DNA of 64,000 bases from the IMG/VR virus record IMGVR_UViG_3300047550_003635. One strand, 5' to 3'. The first letter of the stretch is position 1; the number at the start of each line of letters is the position of its first letter. Below the pieces are notes generated by a model, which saw nothing but the letters and a program-made list of their open reading frames with translations, had not been told where the DNA came from and made no database searches. This document shows positions 32,402 through 41,936 of this stretch, in pieces. The DNA is from a virus. The position numbers were made by a program, and so were the translations under genes.

Positions 32402-33250
32402 ATGATTATTTTTGATTACAATCAAGTAGCTATTTCAAATCTGATGCAACAAATCGGTTCTTCAAAAGGACCTGTTGATGAAGCATTGGTAAGACATATG
32501 ATTTTGAATACAATCAGAACATATGTTAAAAAATTCAGAGAAACTCATGGACCTGAGATTGTTATTGCTTGTGATAGCAAAAACTATTGGCGTCGTGATG
32601 TTTTCAAATACTATAAAGCCAGTCGTAAAAAAGCACGTGAAACTTCTGGTCATGATTGGAATTCTATTTTTGAATGTTTGAACAAGATTCGTGATGAATT
32701 GAAAGAGCATTCACCATATAAAGTTATAGATTATGAAACATGTGAAGCCGATGATGTTATCGCTACACTTACCATGAAATTTGCATCTACGCAAAAAATC
32801 ATGATTCTTTCTTCGGATAAAGATTTTGCTCAACTTCAACGTTTTCCAAATGTTGAACAATATTCTCCTATACTAAAGAAATTTATCAAAGAACCTTTGC
32901 CCTTTATGCAATTGAAACAGCTTATCATTCGTGGTGATAAGGGTGATGGTATTCCTAACATTTTATCGAAAGATGATGTGTTTGTTTTAGGTGAACGTTC
33001 AAAAGCAATTACTGAAGCTAAGATTATCAATTGGCTTAATCAAGAACCTAAAGAATTTTGTAATGAAGAAATGCTTAGGAATTATTCGCGCAATGAATCT
33101 ATTATTGACTTGACTAAAATTCCCGAACATCTGGTCCAAGGAATTCTAAATAAGTATGAAAACACTAAGGGTCACACCAAAAGTGAATTTATGAATTACA
33201 TGATAGCAAATCGTTTGAAAAACCTGTTACAAGTTATGGATGAATTTTAA
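32402..33250 (+). CDS. rnh: T4 RNase H (5'-3' exonuclease)
   Basis: YWRR..YKASR, EADD, SSDKDFAQL, GDKGDGIPN. Confidence 0.9.
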   Translation: MIIFDYNQVAISNLMQQIGSSKGPVDEALVRHMILNTIRTYVKKFRETHGPEIVIACDSKNYWRRDVFKYYKASRKKARETSGHDWNSIFECLNKIRDELKEHSPYKVIDYETCEADDVIATLTMKFASTQKIMILSSDKDFAQLQRFPNVEQYSPILKKFIKEPLPFMQLKQLIIRGDKGDGIPNILSKDDVFVLGERSKAITEAKIINWLNQEPKEFCNEEMLRNYSRNESIIDLTKIPEHLVQGILNKYENTKGHTKSEFMNYMIANRLKNLLQVMDEF

Positions 33251-33251
33251 T

Positions 33252-33680
33252 ATGTCAGCTACAAAACTATTCTCAGAAATCTTAGATGATTTCACAAAAG
33301 CAACCACAAAAAAAGAACGCATCGAAATATTGCAAAAATATGACCACCCGATGTTTCGTTCATTTTTAATTCTCTCTTTTAACAAAAATATTGAATTTGA
33401 TGTCGAAATACCTCAATATCGTCCAGCACCAGAACCTGCTGGATTGAATTTTACATATCTTGATATGGAAATGGATAAGATTTATAGATTCATTAAAAAT
33501 CACCCAAAGAGAAGTCCTAATTTATCATCAAAAAAACAAAAGTCACTTCTTGTCGTAATTCTTGAATCCTTACATAAAGATGAAGCTGACTTAATGGTTA
33601 AAATGTTCAAGAAAAATCTTGATGTTAAATTTCTAACACCTACTCTTATTAAGGAAGCATATCCAGGCATCAATGTATGA
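33252..33680 (+). CDS. Conserved T4-like hypothetical downstream of rnh
   Basis: LESLH.DEA motif. Confidence 0.7.
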   Translation: MSATKLFSEILDDFTKATTKKERIEILQKYDHPMFRSFLILSFNKNIEFDVEIPQYRPAPEPAGLNFTYLDMEMDKIYRFIKNHPKRSPNLSSKKQKSLLVVILESLHKDEADLMVKMFKKNLDVKFLTPTLIKEAYPGINV

Positions 33681-34426
33681 AAGTAGCAGTTGTAACACCA
33701 ACAATTGGTTCTGAACATTTGACACAATGTTTGCAAAGTGTTCAGAATCAAACTTATGAAAATCTTGTTCATTATATTTTTATTGATGGTGAAGAATATT
33801 TCAATAAGATATTGATGATGGGAGTAAAAAATCAAGATAAAAAACAAGTAAAGACTATTGCACTTCAAGATAATATAGGCAAAGGCTGGTATGGACATCG
33901 TGTTTATGCTGCATGTTCATTTTTAGTTAATGCCGATGTTATTTGTTATCTAGATGAAGATAATTGGTATGACCCCGAACATGTTGAAAAGTTGGTTGCA
34001 AAAATTAACGAGGGTAATCAGTGGTCTTATTCATTAAGAAAAATATACGATAAAAAAGGGGATTTTGTTTGTGAAGATAATTGTGAATCGCTTGGTAAAT
34101 GGCCTGTTTACTTTAATGGAAACACTCATCATATTGATACCAGCAGCTTTGCTATTAGGCGTGATATTGCTGTCCATATTGGCCATTCTTGGTATGGACA
34201 GTGGGGCGCAGACCGTCAATTTTATCAAGCCATAAAAAAGTATTTTCCATCATATGACTGCACAGGTTCATATAGTCTCTGTTATAGATTAGACGGCAAT
34301 CCTAATTCGGTAACAGATAAGTTTTTTATTGAAGGTAACGAAGTTCAAAAAAATAAATATAAAGATGGATACCCTTGGCTAAAGAATAATCAACAAATAG
34401 GACCTGGAATAACTTTAATATCATGA
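33677..34426 (+). CDS. Glycosyltransferase family 2
   Basis: VVTPT, SVQNQTY, YLDEDN (DxD). Confidence 0.85.
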   Translation: MKVAVVTPTIGSEHLTQCLQSVQNQTYENLVHYIFIDGEEYFNKILMMGVKNQDKKQVKTIALQDNIGKGWYGHRVYAACSFLVNADVICYLDEDNWYDPEHVEKLVAKINEGNQWSYSLRKIYDKKGDFVCEDNCESLGKWPVYFNGNTHHIDTSSFAIRRDIAVHIGHSWYGQWGADRQFYQAIKKYFPSYDCTGSYSLCYRLDGNPNSVTDKFFIEGNEVQKNKYKDGYPWLKNNQQIGPGITLIS

Positions 34427-35361
34427 AAACAGTATTAGTAACTGGAGCCGCTGGTTATCTAGGCTCACATGTTTGTAAAGCACTAAAAAAAGATGACTGG
34501 AAGGTAGTAGGATTTGGTCACAAAAGACATACTTTAAATCCATATATTGATAAAATGATTTATGGTGATGTTAGAAACTATTGTGATATGCAAAATGTTT
34601 TTCAAATGGACGATTATGATGTTGTTGTCCATTTAGCAGGAAGAATAGAATCAGGAATATCTTTTAAAGAACCCACAGAATTCTATTCAGTCAATACAGG
34701 CGGAACATGTAACATTCTAAACGCAATGTGGGAAAAAAATGTTAAGAATGTTGTCTTTTCTTCGACTGCCGCTGTTTATAAAGCAAAAATTGAACCTATC
34801 AAAGAAACAGATGAAATAACAAATAATTCACCTTATGGTTATAGTAAATTGTGTGCTGAACGAGCGATTCGTGCATCCAATTTGAATTATGTTATTTTTA
34901 GATTTTTTAATTTGACTGGTGCAGACCCCGATGGAGAAATGGGTGAAGCACATGAACCAGAAACACATTTAATTCCTAAAATGATTCAGAATTTAAATAA
35001 TTTTGAAATCAATGGTAAAGATTATAAAACACCAGACGGAACATGTATTCGTGATTATGTTCATGTAACTGATGTTGCCAATGCACACGTTTCAGCAGTA
35101 AATCATTTGTATAATGGTAGTGCATCTATTACATTAAATCTGGGAACTGGCAAAGGTCATTCAATTCTGCAAATGCTGCAAGAATTGGAAAAAATTATTG
35201 GTAGAAAAATAGATTATACCGTAAAATCCAGAAGGCAAGGTGATGCAGACAGTTTAGTTGCTGATACTTATCTTGCCAGAAAGATTTTGAGGTATGACCC
35301 AAAACACGATATTAGTTCAATTTTATCAACAGCCTATAAATGGCACACGAAAGGAGAGTAA
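34423..35361 (+). CDS. galE: UDP-glucose 4-epimerase
   Basis: TGAAGYLGSH, SSTAAVY, YGYSK, HEPETHLIP, DGTCIRDYVHV. Confidence 0.9.
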   Translation: MKTVLVTGAAGYLGSHVCKALKKDDWKVVGFGHKRHTLNPYIDKMIYGDVRNYCDMQNVFQMDDYDVVVHLAGRIESGISFKEPTEFYSVNTGGTCNILNAMWEKNVKNVVFSSTAAVYKAKIEPIKETDEITNNSPYGYSKLCAERAIRASNLNYVIFRFFNLTGADPDGEMGEAHEPETHLIPKMIQNLNNFEINGKDYKTPDGTCIRDYVHVTDVANAHVSAVNHLYNGSASITLNLGTGKGHSILQMLQELEKIIGRKIDYTVKSRRQGDADSLVADTYLARKILRYDPKHDISSILSTAYKWHTKGE

Positions 35362-35716
35362 TTTCTAAGTATGTTTACAAGTAAGAAATATCAAAAGCCA
35401 GTTAGAACCAAGTTTCGCAAAAATAAAGACTTAGATAATGAAAAATTAAAAAATAAAAAGCATCATGACAAATCAACCTGGAGATTGATGCGAGAAGAAA
35501 AGGAAGATTATGTCGTATAAAGACTTATTGCAAAAACAAATAAAAGAATTAGAAAAGAAAATAGAAACCGCGCAAGAAGATAAAAATGAATTGATTCTTC
35601 AGTTAAATAAACTGAAAATATCTGAATTTGAGGAAGATATGCGTGGCGATTCTACACAGAAATTACTGCTAGAATAGCTAATCGTAAGTGCTTGATTTTA
35701 TTGAATAAAAAAGCAC

Positions 35717-35745
35717 TTGACAAACGGAATTAATCATGATAATAT
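35717..35745 (+). promoter_or_regulatory. Early promoter with inverted IHF box (35685-35697)
   Basis: TTGACA plus -10-like hexamer. Confidence 0.6.
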
Positions 35746-35751
35746 TGTATC

Positions 35752-36132
35752 ATGATGAATATTCCAGCTATAGGTTCGGTTGTTGAAGTAGTTACGAAAT
35801 TTCGTAATATCAACTATTTTGTGAAAGATGAGTATGAATACAAATCATACAAAGGGCGTATTGTCGCAAATGAGCGATGGGTTGCATCTGACAGTTTCAG
35901 TATTGAAACGGGAAATCCTCATTATCCAATATCAATTATATCCTTACGTAATGTTTCTGATGTAAAAATCATCAAAGGTTACAAAGTTCCTATTCGTAAA
36001 TTCAAAGTGTCAGGAACTAAGGGTGAGTATATTGTTACTCAAAACAATAAACATTTCTCATGCACTTGCATTGGTTTTAAATATCATGCAAAATGTAAAC
36101 ATATTACTTCCGTGAAGATGAAAATAAAATGA
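35752..36132 (+). CDS. SWIM zinc-finger protein
   Basis: CTC.GF...CKH. Confidence 0.75.
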   Translation: MMNIPAIGSVVEVVTKFRNINYFVKDEYEYKSYKGRIVANERWVASDSFSIETGNPHYPISIISLRNVSDVKIIKGYKVPIRKFKVSGTKGEYIVTQNNKHFSCTCIGFKYHAKCKHITSVKMKIK

Positions 36133-36479
36133 TTATCTACACTAATACTCCTAAATCTAAAAAACGTAAACCTAACGCCAAGAAACGCGCACTTGCTTCG
36201 TCTTGGCAAGAAATTTTAAATAAACATAAAGTTGGTTATTCTTATACAAAAAAACCAGCTTTTACTGTATATGTTCCACCAAAACCTCGTTGGGTTGAAC
36301 CTGGACGTGATTCCAAAGCATATCCATCAGTGAATACAGACTATCATGATACATCAAAAAAGACACCTCTATTTTATACGGGTGATAAGATGAAAGGTAT
36401 TGGTACCCTTCATAAGAGTAATGCAGTTCCTATTTTTACAGATGAAGAAGCGAAGGACCAAGCAAATATGCGGCGTTAA
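36129..36479 (+). CDS. Conserved T4-like hypothetical
   Basis: YTG..MKGIGTLHKSNAVP motif. Confidence 0.75.
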   Translation: MIIYTNTPKSKKRKPNAKKRALASSWQEILNKHKVGYSYTKKPAFTVYVPPKPRWVEPGRDSKAYPSVNTDYHDTSKKTPLFYTGDKMKGIGTLHKSNAVPIFTDEEAKDQANMRR

Positions 36480-36483
36480 CCAC

Positions 36484-36512
36484 TTGACAAATAGTAATTA
36501 AAATGTTATAAT
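36484..36512 (+). promoter_or_regulatory. Early promoter
   Basis: TTGACA-N17-TATAAT. Confidence 0.8.
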
Positions 36513-36544
36513 GAATTATCTCAACTCAAAAAAGGAAATATACT

Positions 36545-36928
36545 ATGGCTCGTATTAAAAAAGGTAGTCTTAAACAGCACGATAAAATTCTGACCATTAT
36601 GTTGGACGGTCAGCCCGTAGCAATCAAACAAATTGAAACTCTCTTGGGTAAAGAAATTGAAATGTATCGTATTTCAGCTTATATGCTAGGAATTAAATAC
36701 GATTATAAGGGCGTTATCAAAACACAAAAGAATGGTCGTAATGTTCTTTCCTATCAACTTGTTAATGCTGATGAAGTTAAGATTGAATTTGAAAAACGCT
36801 ATCCTCAAGCAGCAAAACAAACCATCACAAAGTTGGATGACTTGAACGCAAAGCCTAAAAAAGTCACAAAGCCTAAAAAAGAAAAAGTCGTTGAAGAATT
36901 GAAAGTAGAAGAAATCACCGAAGAATAA
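36545..36928 (+). CDS. Putative winged-HTH DNA-binding protein
   Basis: AAGGA RBS; K.GRNV.SYQLVN. Confidence 0.6.
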   Translation: MARIKKGSLKQHDKILTIMLDGQPVAIKQIETLLGKEIEMYRISAYMLGIKYDYKGVIKTQKNGRNVLSYQLVNADEVKIEFEKRYPQAAKQTITKLDDLNAKPKKVTKPKKEKVVEELKVEEITEE

Positions 36929-36931
36929 ATC

Positions 36932-37168
36932 ATGGAATTGGACCCTAAAACATTTAAAGTTAGCAGGCATCGTTGGACAAAACGTAATTTTGACCCAACA
37001 AATGCTGAAGATTTGATAGAATATGATTTCTTTCTTAAACAACGGAAATGGCGTATTAATTGTCCGTTCGATTTAGAATGGCCTTTTCTATCTATTCCAG
37101 AAATGATTCAATCTAAATTGATTGATACTTATTTGAATATGATGCTAACTGTAAATGAAAAAATCTGA
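36932..37168 (+). CDS. Conserved hypothetical
   Basis: CPF.LEWP motif. Confidence 0.65.
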   Translation: MELDPKTFKVSRHRWTKRNFDPTNAEDLIEYDFFLKQRKWRINCPFDLEWPFLSIPEMIQSKLIDTYLNMMLTVNEKI

Positions 37169-37427
37169 AAAAGAAATTCTTTCTATAACACAGGAAGAAT
37201 GTGCAGAAGTAACACAAGTTATTTCTAAAATTTTTCGATTTGGATGGGATTCATGTCACCCAGACCTTCCTCAAAACAATAAAGAACGTCTTGAGGAAGA
37301 ATTGGGTGACTTAATTTGCATGATTGGTTTGCTTATTGACAAAGGCTATATTAACTGCGATAATGTAGAACAAGCATCCAAAAATAAACTTGAAAAACTT
37401 AAAAAGTGGTCATCTATTTTTGATTAA
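37155..37427 (+). CDS. MazG-like NTP pyrophosphohydrolase
   Basis: QEECAEV..SK..RFG..LEEELGD. Confidence 0.8.
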   Translation: MKKSEKEILSITQEECAEVTQVISKIFRFGWDSCHPDLPQNNKERLEEELGDLICMIGLLIDKGYINCDNVEQASKNKLEKLKKWSSIFD

Positions 37428-37429
37428 TT

Positions 37430-37990
37430 ATGAATATTTTTTATCTTGATAATGATGTAAAAACTTGCGCTCAATACCATAACGATAAACATTGCGTTAA
37501 AATGATTTTGGAATATTGTCAATTACTTTCAACCGCGCATCGTGTTCTTGATGGTGTTGAAATGCAAATTGTCAGTAAAACTGGGCGCAAAATGAAATGC
37601 TGGTCGCTTTTGGATGACCGTGAACATATTTTGTATAAAGCAACACACATGAATCACCCATCTGCTGTTTGGGTGCGTCAATCGGCAAATAACTATACAT
37701 GGTTGTCTTTTCTACTATCCGAATTGTGCCGCGAATACACTTATCGTTACGGTAAAGTCCATAAATGTGAAGCTACGGGTCTTGTGAATGCTTTGTTTCA
37801 ATGTCCTAAAAATATTCCTGTAAAACATTTTACACAACCTACACCAGCAATGCCTGATGATTGTAAGATTAACGGTGATTCAATTGCATCATATAGAAAT
37901 TACTATATAAACAATAAGACTCACTTGGCAAGTTGGAAAAATCGTAATATTCCTGAATGGTATAAGAATGCCCACATACACGTTTCGTAA
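37430..37990 (+). CDS. Pyrimidine-dimer DNA glycosylase (DenV-like family)
   Basis: MNIFYLD, DKHCVKMILE, THMNHPS..W, EYTYRYGKVH. Confidence 0.8.
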   Translation: MNIFYLDNDVKTCAQYHNDKHCVKMILEYCQLLSTAHRVLDGVEMQIVSKTGRKMKCWSLLDDREHILYKATHMNHPSAVWVRQSANNYTWLSFLLSELCREYTYRYGKVHKCEATGLVNALFQCPKNIPVKHFTQPTPAMPDDCKINGDSIASYRNYYINNKTHLASWKNRNIPEWYKNAHIHVS

Positions 37991-38273
37991 TAAAAATACT
38001 GAAGAACAATTTGAAATGTTTATGGGTATTTCAGCAAAAGAAAATTATTTGCTTGAAAATCCTGATATTGAGCAAATCATTGTTGAATGTCCCATGATTG
38101 TTTCTGGTGTTAATTCTGGTGCTAAAGTTCCTTCTGGTTTTAAAGATGTATTGTCTAAAATTTCAGATGCACATCCGCAAAGTCCATTAGCAGAAAAACA
38201 TAAACAAAAATCTATCAAAGAATCAAAGACACGCGATATCATCAAAAAACACGTTAAAAAAATGATTTCTTGA
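37968..38273 (+). CDS. FmdB-like small protein
   Basis: MPTYTF start; GFKDVL.KI..HP. Confidence 0.65.
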   Translation: MPTYTFRNKNTEEQFEMFMGISAKENYLLENPDIEQIIVECPMIVSGVNSGAKVPSGFKDVLSKISDAHPQSPLAEKHKQKSIKESKTRDIIKKHVKKMIS

Positions 38274-38938
38274 TGTTCAATTTTGTAAACTTACCTGAAT
38301 TAGATTTTGACCTTGAAGCGATAACAACAGATACGGGTCGTGTTTATGTTTGTCCTAATGGTGAAAGATATCCATCAGTAACAACAATATTATCTTCATA
38401 TAGCAAAGAAGGTATTCAAGAATGGCGTAATATTGTTGGTGAAGAGGAAGCCAATAAAATAACAAAACGTGCAGGTCGCAGAGGGACGCGATTGCATAAA
38501 TTGTGTGAAGATTATGTGAACGGATTTTTGACCGAATTAAGACAACGTTCAATGATGCCGTTTGACAAAATGATGTTTCGTCAATTGAAGAAATATATTG
38601 ATGAAAATGTGGGTGATATCTATTGTCAAGAGCAGGCACTTTATAGCACAAAATTAAGAATTGCTGGTCGTGTTGATTGTATTGCCGAATGGAAAGGTAA
38701 ATTATCGGTAATTGATTATAAGTCGTCAACGAAAATGAAGGACGAGAGTTATATACTTAATTACTTCATGCAATGCACAGCATATTCGGAAATGTTTGAG
38801 GAGTTGACAGGACGCAGTATTGATGATATAGTAGTTCTTATTGCAACAGAGGAAGAGATTCCACAAGTATTTGAACGTAAGAAAAAAGATTACTTAGACG
38901 AATTAAATAAATACATTAACAATTTTATTGCTGTATGA
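38270..38938 (+). CDS. PD-(D/E)xK (Cas4-like) exonuclease
   Basis: YPSVTTIL, RGT.LH, AGRVDC, IDYKSS, Q..AY. Confidence 0.85.
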   Translation: MMFNFVNLPELDFDLEAITTDTGRVYVCPNGERYPSVTTILSSYSKEGIQEWRNIVGEEEANKITKRAGRRGTRLHKLCEDYVNGFLTELRQRSMMPFDKMMFRQLKKYIDENVGDIYCQEQALYSTKLRIAGRVDCIAEWKGKLSVIDYKSSTKMKDESYILNYFMQCTAYSEMFEELTGRSIDDIVVLIATEEEIPQVFERKKKDYLDELNKYINNFIAV

Positions 38939-39262
38939 AGTGAAGTAAAAGGTGTTCTGGACGTGGGTTCGATTCCCACCGTCTCCACCAAAAACATAAG
39001 CAAGAAAAGTATCCTTGAGTGGATATACGATTCTAGTTCGTGGAAGCGGGTAACAGAAAAAAGTGAACCTGAATGGCTACTAGAATGTTTTTGAGGGGGA
39101 CGACCGGTTTCGACAGGGCAAGGAGTAACGGAACAGACAGCACGGTAGGCGATGACCGTAAATCAAGCAAAACTAATAAATGCAAACGAAAGCGTTTATA
39201 AATTAGCAGCCTAAAAACTGCTTAGGGTTTCGGTAACTGTCCTAGTAACAGAATCAGTTACC
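38929..39262 (+). ncRNA. ssrA: Circularly permuted (two-piece) tmRNA, tag ANESVYKLAA
   Basis: T-arm/CCA (38959-38990) precedes the 5' GGGGACG (39096); G3-U70; tag ORF 39182-39214. Confidence 0.88.
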
Positions 39263-39286
39263 ACTTTATTAACTAAGGAGAATCAA

Positions 39287-39433
39287 ATGAAATTTATTAC
39301 TACAATTTTCGCAATGTTGTTCGCTGCAAGTGTTTTCGCTGCTGATGCACCTAAGAAAGACGAAGCCAAGAAAGAAGCACCTAAGGCTGAAGCTAAGAAA
39401 GAAGAAGCGAAAAAAGACGCAGCAAAGAAGTAA
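39287..39433 (+). CDS. Small exported Lys/Ala/Glu-rich peptide (48 aa)
   Basis: AAGGAG RBS; signal peptide MKFITTIFAMLFAASVFA. Confidence 0.7.
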   Translation: MKFITTIFAMLFAASVFAADAPKKDEAKKEAPKAEAKKEEAKKDAAKK

Positions 39434-39450
39434 TAAGTTTGTTATGGTTT

Positions 39451-39482
39451 TGGCGGGTTATCCAGTAAAACCCGCCATTTTT
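39451..39482 (+). terminator. Intrinsic terminator
   Basis: TGGCGGGTT...AACCCGCCA-TTTTT. Confidence 0.75.
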
Positions 39483-39493
39483 GAAAGTATATT

Positions 39494-40225
39494 ATGAAGA
39501 TACATATTGGTCCTTATAAAAACTATTTTGGTCCTTATCAACTGGCTGAAGCATTATGTTTTTGGGTTCGTAAAGTTCCCGATGCATATGGCATTTATCG
39601 TAAACCAGAATGGGTTCATAACTTCGGTGAATTTCTTGCATACGGTTCTATCAAGAAAGATGAAGATGTTGAAAAATTCAATGATGACCGAAAAGAAACA
39701 TTAGTATATAAATTTTTGAGTTGGATTGAAAGTAAGCGTAAACGAAAAATAAAAATACATATTGACCGTTATGATACGTGGAACATGGAATCAACATTGG
39801 CATTGATTATTCTACCCATGTTGAAACAATTGAAAAAAGATACTCACGGTGCACCTCTTGTTGAAGATTCTGATGTTCCTGAAGGAATGAATCTTCGTAG
39901 CACCGAAGCAAAACCTAAAGATAATGAATATGATGTTGATGAAAATCATTTCAAACGTTGGAATTGGGTTCTTGATGAATTAATTTGGACATTTGAACAG
40001 TTTCAACCCGATGCTGATTGGGAACAACAGTATTATAGCGGTGAACATGACATGCTTTGGGTTAAAACTGATGAAAAAGATACAAAAGGTGAATCATTTT
40101 ATCGAATGGAAAAAGGACCTAAAGATACATTTAAAATTGACCATGACGGTATGAATAAACATAATGAAAGAATAAATAATGGTCTGCGTCTATTTGGTAA
40201 ATACTATCGCAACTTGTGGGATTAA
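39494..40225 (+). CDS. Conserved phage hypothetical
   Basis: DTWNM..TLA.IILPML..L; LFGKYY.NLWD. Confidence 0.75.
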   Translation: MKIHIGPYKNYFGPYQLAEALCFWVRKVPDAYGIYRKPEWVHNFGEFLAYGSIKKDEDVEKFNDDRKETLVYKFLSWIESKRKRKIKIHIDRYDTWNMESTLALIILPMLKQLKKDTHGAPLVEDSDVPEGMNLRSTEAKPKDNEYDVDENHFKRWNWVLDELIWTFEQFQPDADWEQQYYSGEHDMLWVKTDEKDTKGESFYRMEKGPKDTFKIDHDGMNKHNERINNGLRLFGKYYRNLWD

Positions 40226-40283
40226 CTAAATAGAGTATCGGCAACACACACAACGCCGATTAACACACACAAGGAGACACACC

Positions 40284-40556
40284 ATGAGTAATCTAACACC
40301 TTTCGAGATTCGCCTGCAACTTCTACAAATGGCGAAAGATATGCTTGAGCAAGATTACAATGCTCAACGCGAAAAATTAATTTCAGAGTGGCATATTAAA
40401 GTAGAATCTTCCAAAATAAATGGAAGCCCTACACCAGAGCATCCTGCTTTGCCGACATATCCATCTGAAGGCGATATCATAACAAAAGCACAAGCACTAA
40501 ACACATTCGTATCAAATACGAATATTCCAGAAGTGAAAAGCAAGAAATCTACTTAA
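40284..40556 (+). CDS. Conserved T4-like hypothetical
   Basis: PFEIRL.LL.MAKDML..YPS..KA..L..FVS; ACTAAATA late-type promoter at 40225. Confidence 0.75.
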   Translation: MSNLTPFEIRLQLLQMAKDMLEQDYNAQREKLISEWHIKVESSKINGSPTPEHPALPTYPSEGDIITKAQALNTFVSNTNIPEVKSKKST

Positions 40557-40607
40557 TGTAATCTGAGGGAACTTTCGGGTTCCCTCTCCTAACAAAAAGG
40601 AGAAACA

Positions 40608-41147
40608 ATGCGTAACGCTGTTTTAATAAGCGTCATTATGATTATGACAATTTTAGGCGCAAGTTTTTTTATGGCAGAAAAATCTTTTTATTATTTGCCA
40701 TATAAAGTAGTCTATGAGAATTTATCATCACCTACTCAAAAAGAGGTTGAATGTCTTGCAGAAAATATCTATTTTGAATCTGCATATGAACCAAAAGAAG
40801 GAAAAATTGCAGTAGCGTTTGTAACATTGAATAGAGTGAATAAGGGTTTTGCTAATTCTATTTGTGATGTTGTTAAACAAAAGATAAACAATGTATGCCA
40901 ATTTTCTTGGTGGTGTGAAGCGAAGCCATATAGTATTTCTACTAATAAGTCATTGACAAATAACTACAATTCGTTGTATAATGATATTAGAAATTTAGCA
41001 ACTTATGTTTATGTTAATCAAGAAAAAATAAAAGACCCGTCAAAGGGTGCTTTATTCTATCATGCTGATTATGTAAATCCTGGTTGGCCAAATATGAAAA
41101 CGACAGCAAAAATCGGTAGACACATTTTTTACAAAAAGGTATCCTAA
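40608..41147 (+). CDS. Cell wall hydrolase (SleB/Hydrolase_2) with N-terminal TM
   Basis: CLAENIYFES, VTLNRV, CQFSW, YHADYV.P.W, IGRHIFY. Confidence 0.85.
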   Translation: MRNAVLISVIMIMTILGASFFMAEKSFYYLPYKVVYENLSSPTQKEVECLAENIYFESAYEPKEGKIAVAFVTLNRVNKGFANSICDVVKQKINNVCQFSWWCEAKPYSISTNKSLTNNYNSLYNDIRNLATYVYVNQEKIKDPSKGALFYHADYVNPGWPNMKTTAKIGRHIFYKKVS

Positions 41148-41434
41148 TGGAACAAAATACTACACCCGAAACAACAAAACAACCGTTCATTAAGTTAGAT
41201 TCTACAATTGTTGTTTGCATAATGCTTGTTATAATTTCAATGATTATTGGTTATTGTTATTACTCAATCAAAGACCGTGAAATGATGGCACAGAATATTG
41301 ATACAGCAATTTCAAAGGGTATTGACCCAATGTCAGTTCGTTGTTCATATGCAAAAACTGAAGATACCATTTGTGTGGCTTTTGCGATAACTCACACATC
41401 AACTAATCCTGCAATCGCTATGTCTAAAAAATAA
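41147..41434 (+). CDS. Membrane protein
   Basis: One TM segment, coupled to the hydrolase. Confidence 0.65.
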   Translation: MEQNTTPETTKQPFIKLDSTIVVCIMLVIISMIIGYCYYSIKDREMMAQNIDTAISKGIDPMSVRCSYAKTEDTICVAFAITHTSTNPAIAMSKK

Positions 41435-41449
41435 TATTGGAGATTTATT

Positions 41450-41722
41450 ATGAAATTTACTTTTATACTTGAAGATGATACACTTCCTGAAGCACAACGA
41501 AAAATTACTTATCAATTTGAGCAGGATGATTTAGATATGATTCTTGATGAATTTAGTGATTTTATTAGAGGTTGTGGATTTGTTCCTGACGGTCATCTTC
41601 AATTTGTTAATTATGAAAGTAGTGATTTAGAATGTGCATCTGGTCCACTTACAACATTGAAGGCTGATGATTTTCTAAAAGGACCCAAGTCTCTTTCAGA
41701 AGTGACACATAATGCCATCTAA
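41450..41722 (+). CDS. Hypothetical protein
   Basis: F..FIRGCGF motif. Confidence 0.65.
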   Translation: MKFTFILEDDTLPEAQRKITYQFEQDDLDMILDEFSDFIRGCGFVPDGHLQFVNYESSDLECASGPLTTLKADDFLKGPKSLSEVTHNAI

Positions 41723-41936
41723 GGAAGAAATGGCACAATTTGCCAATGCTATTGAAGAAATAGTTTTAAATACAGATTATAACTATCTTGAAGCTATCAC
41801 ATATTATTGTGAAACTACTGGTCTAGAAATTGAAGTAGCGGCGACTTTGATTAATCCAAATCTGAAATCAAAGATTCAGCGAGTTGCTATGGACCATAAT
41901 TTATTGAAAGTTAAAACTTCTCGTCTCCCTATATGA
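41712..41936 (+). CDS. 33: Late transcription coactivator gp33
   Basis: Sequence pattern (YLEAI.YYCE..LK.KI..SRLPI) and position before gene 59. Confidence 0.8.
   Translation: MPSKEEMAQFANAIEEIVLNTDYNYLEAITYYCETTGLEIEVAATLINPNLKSKIQRVAMDHNLLKVKTSRLPI

Noticed and set aside
38270-38938. Cas4-like nuclease as evidence of CRISPR-Cas
   Set aside because: A stand-alone exonuclease of this type is usual in T4-like phages; no array or other cas genes are present.
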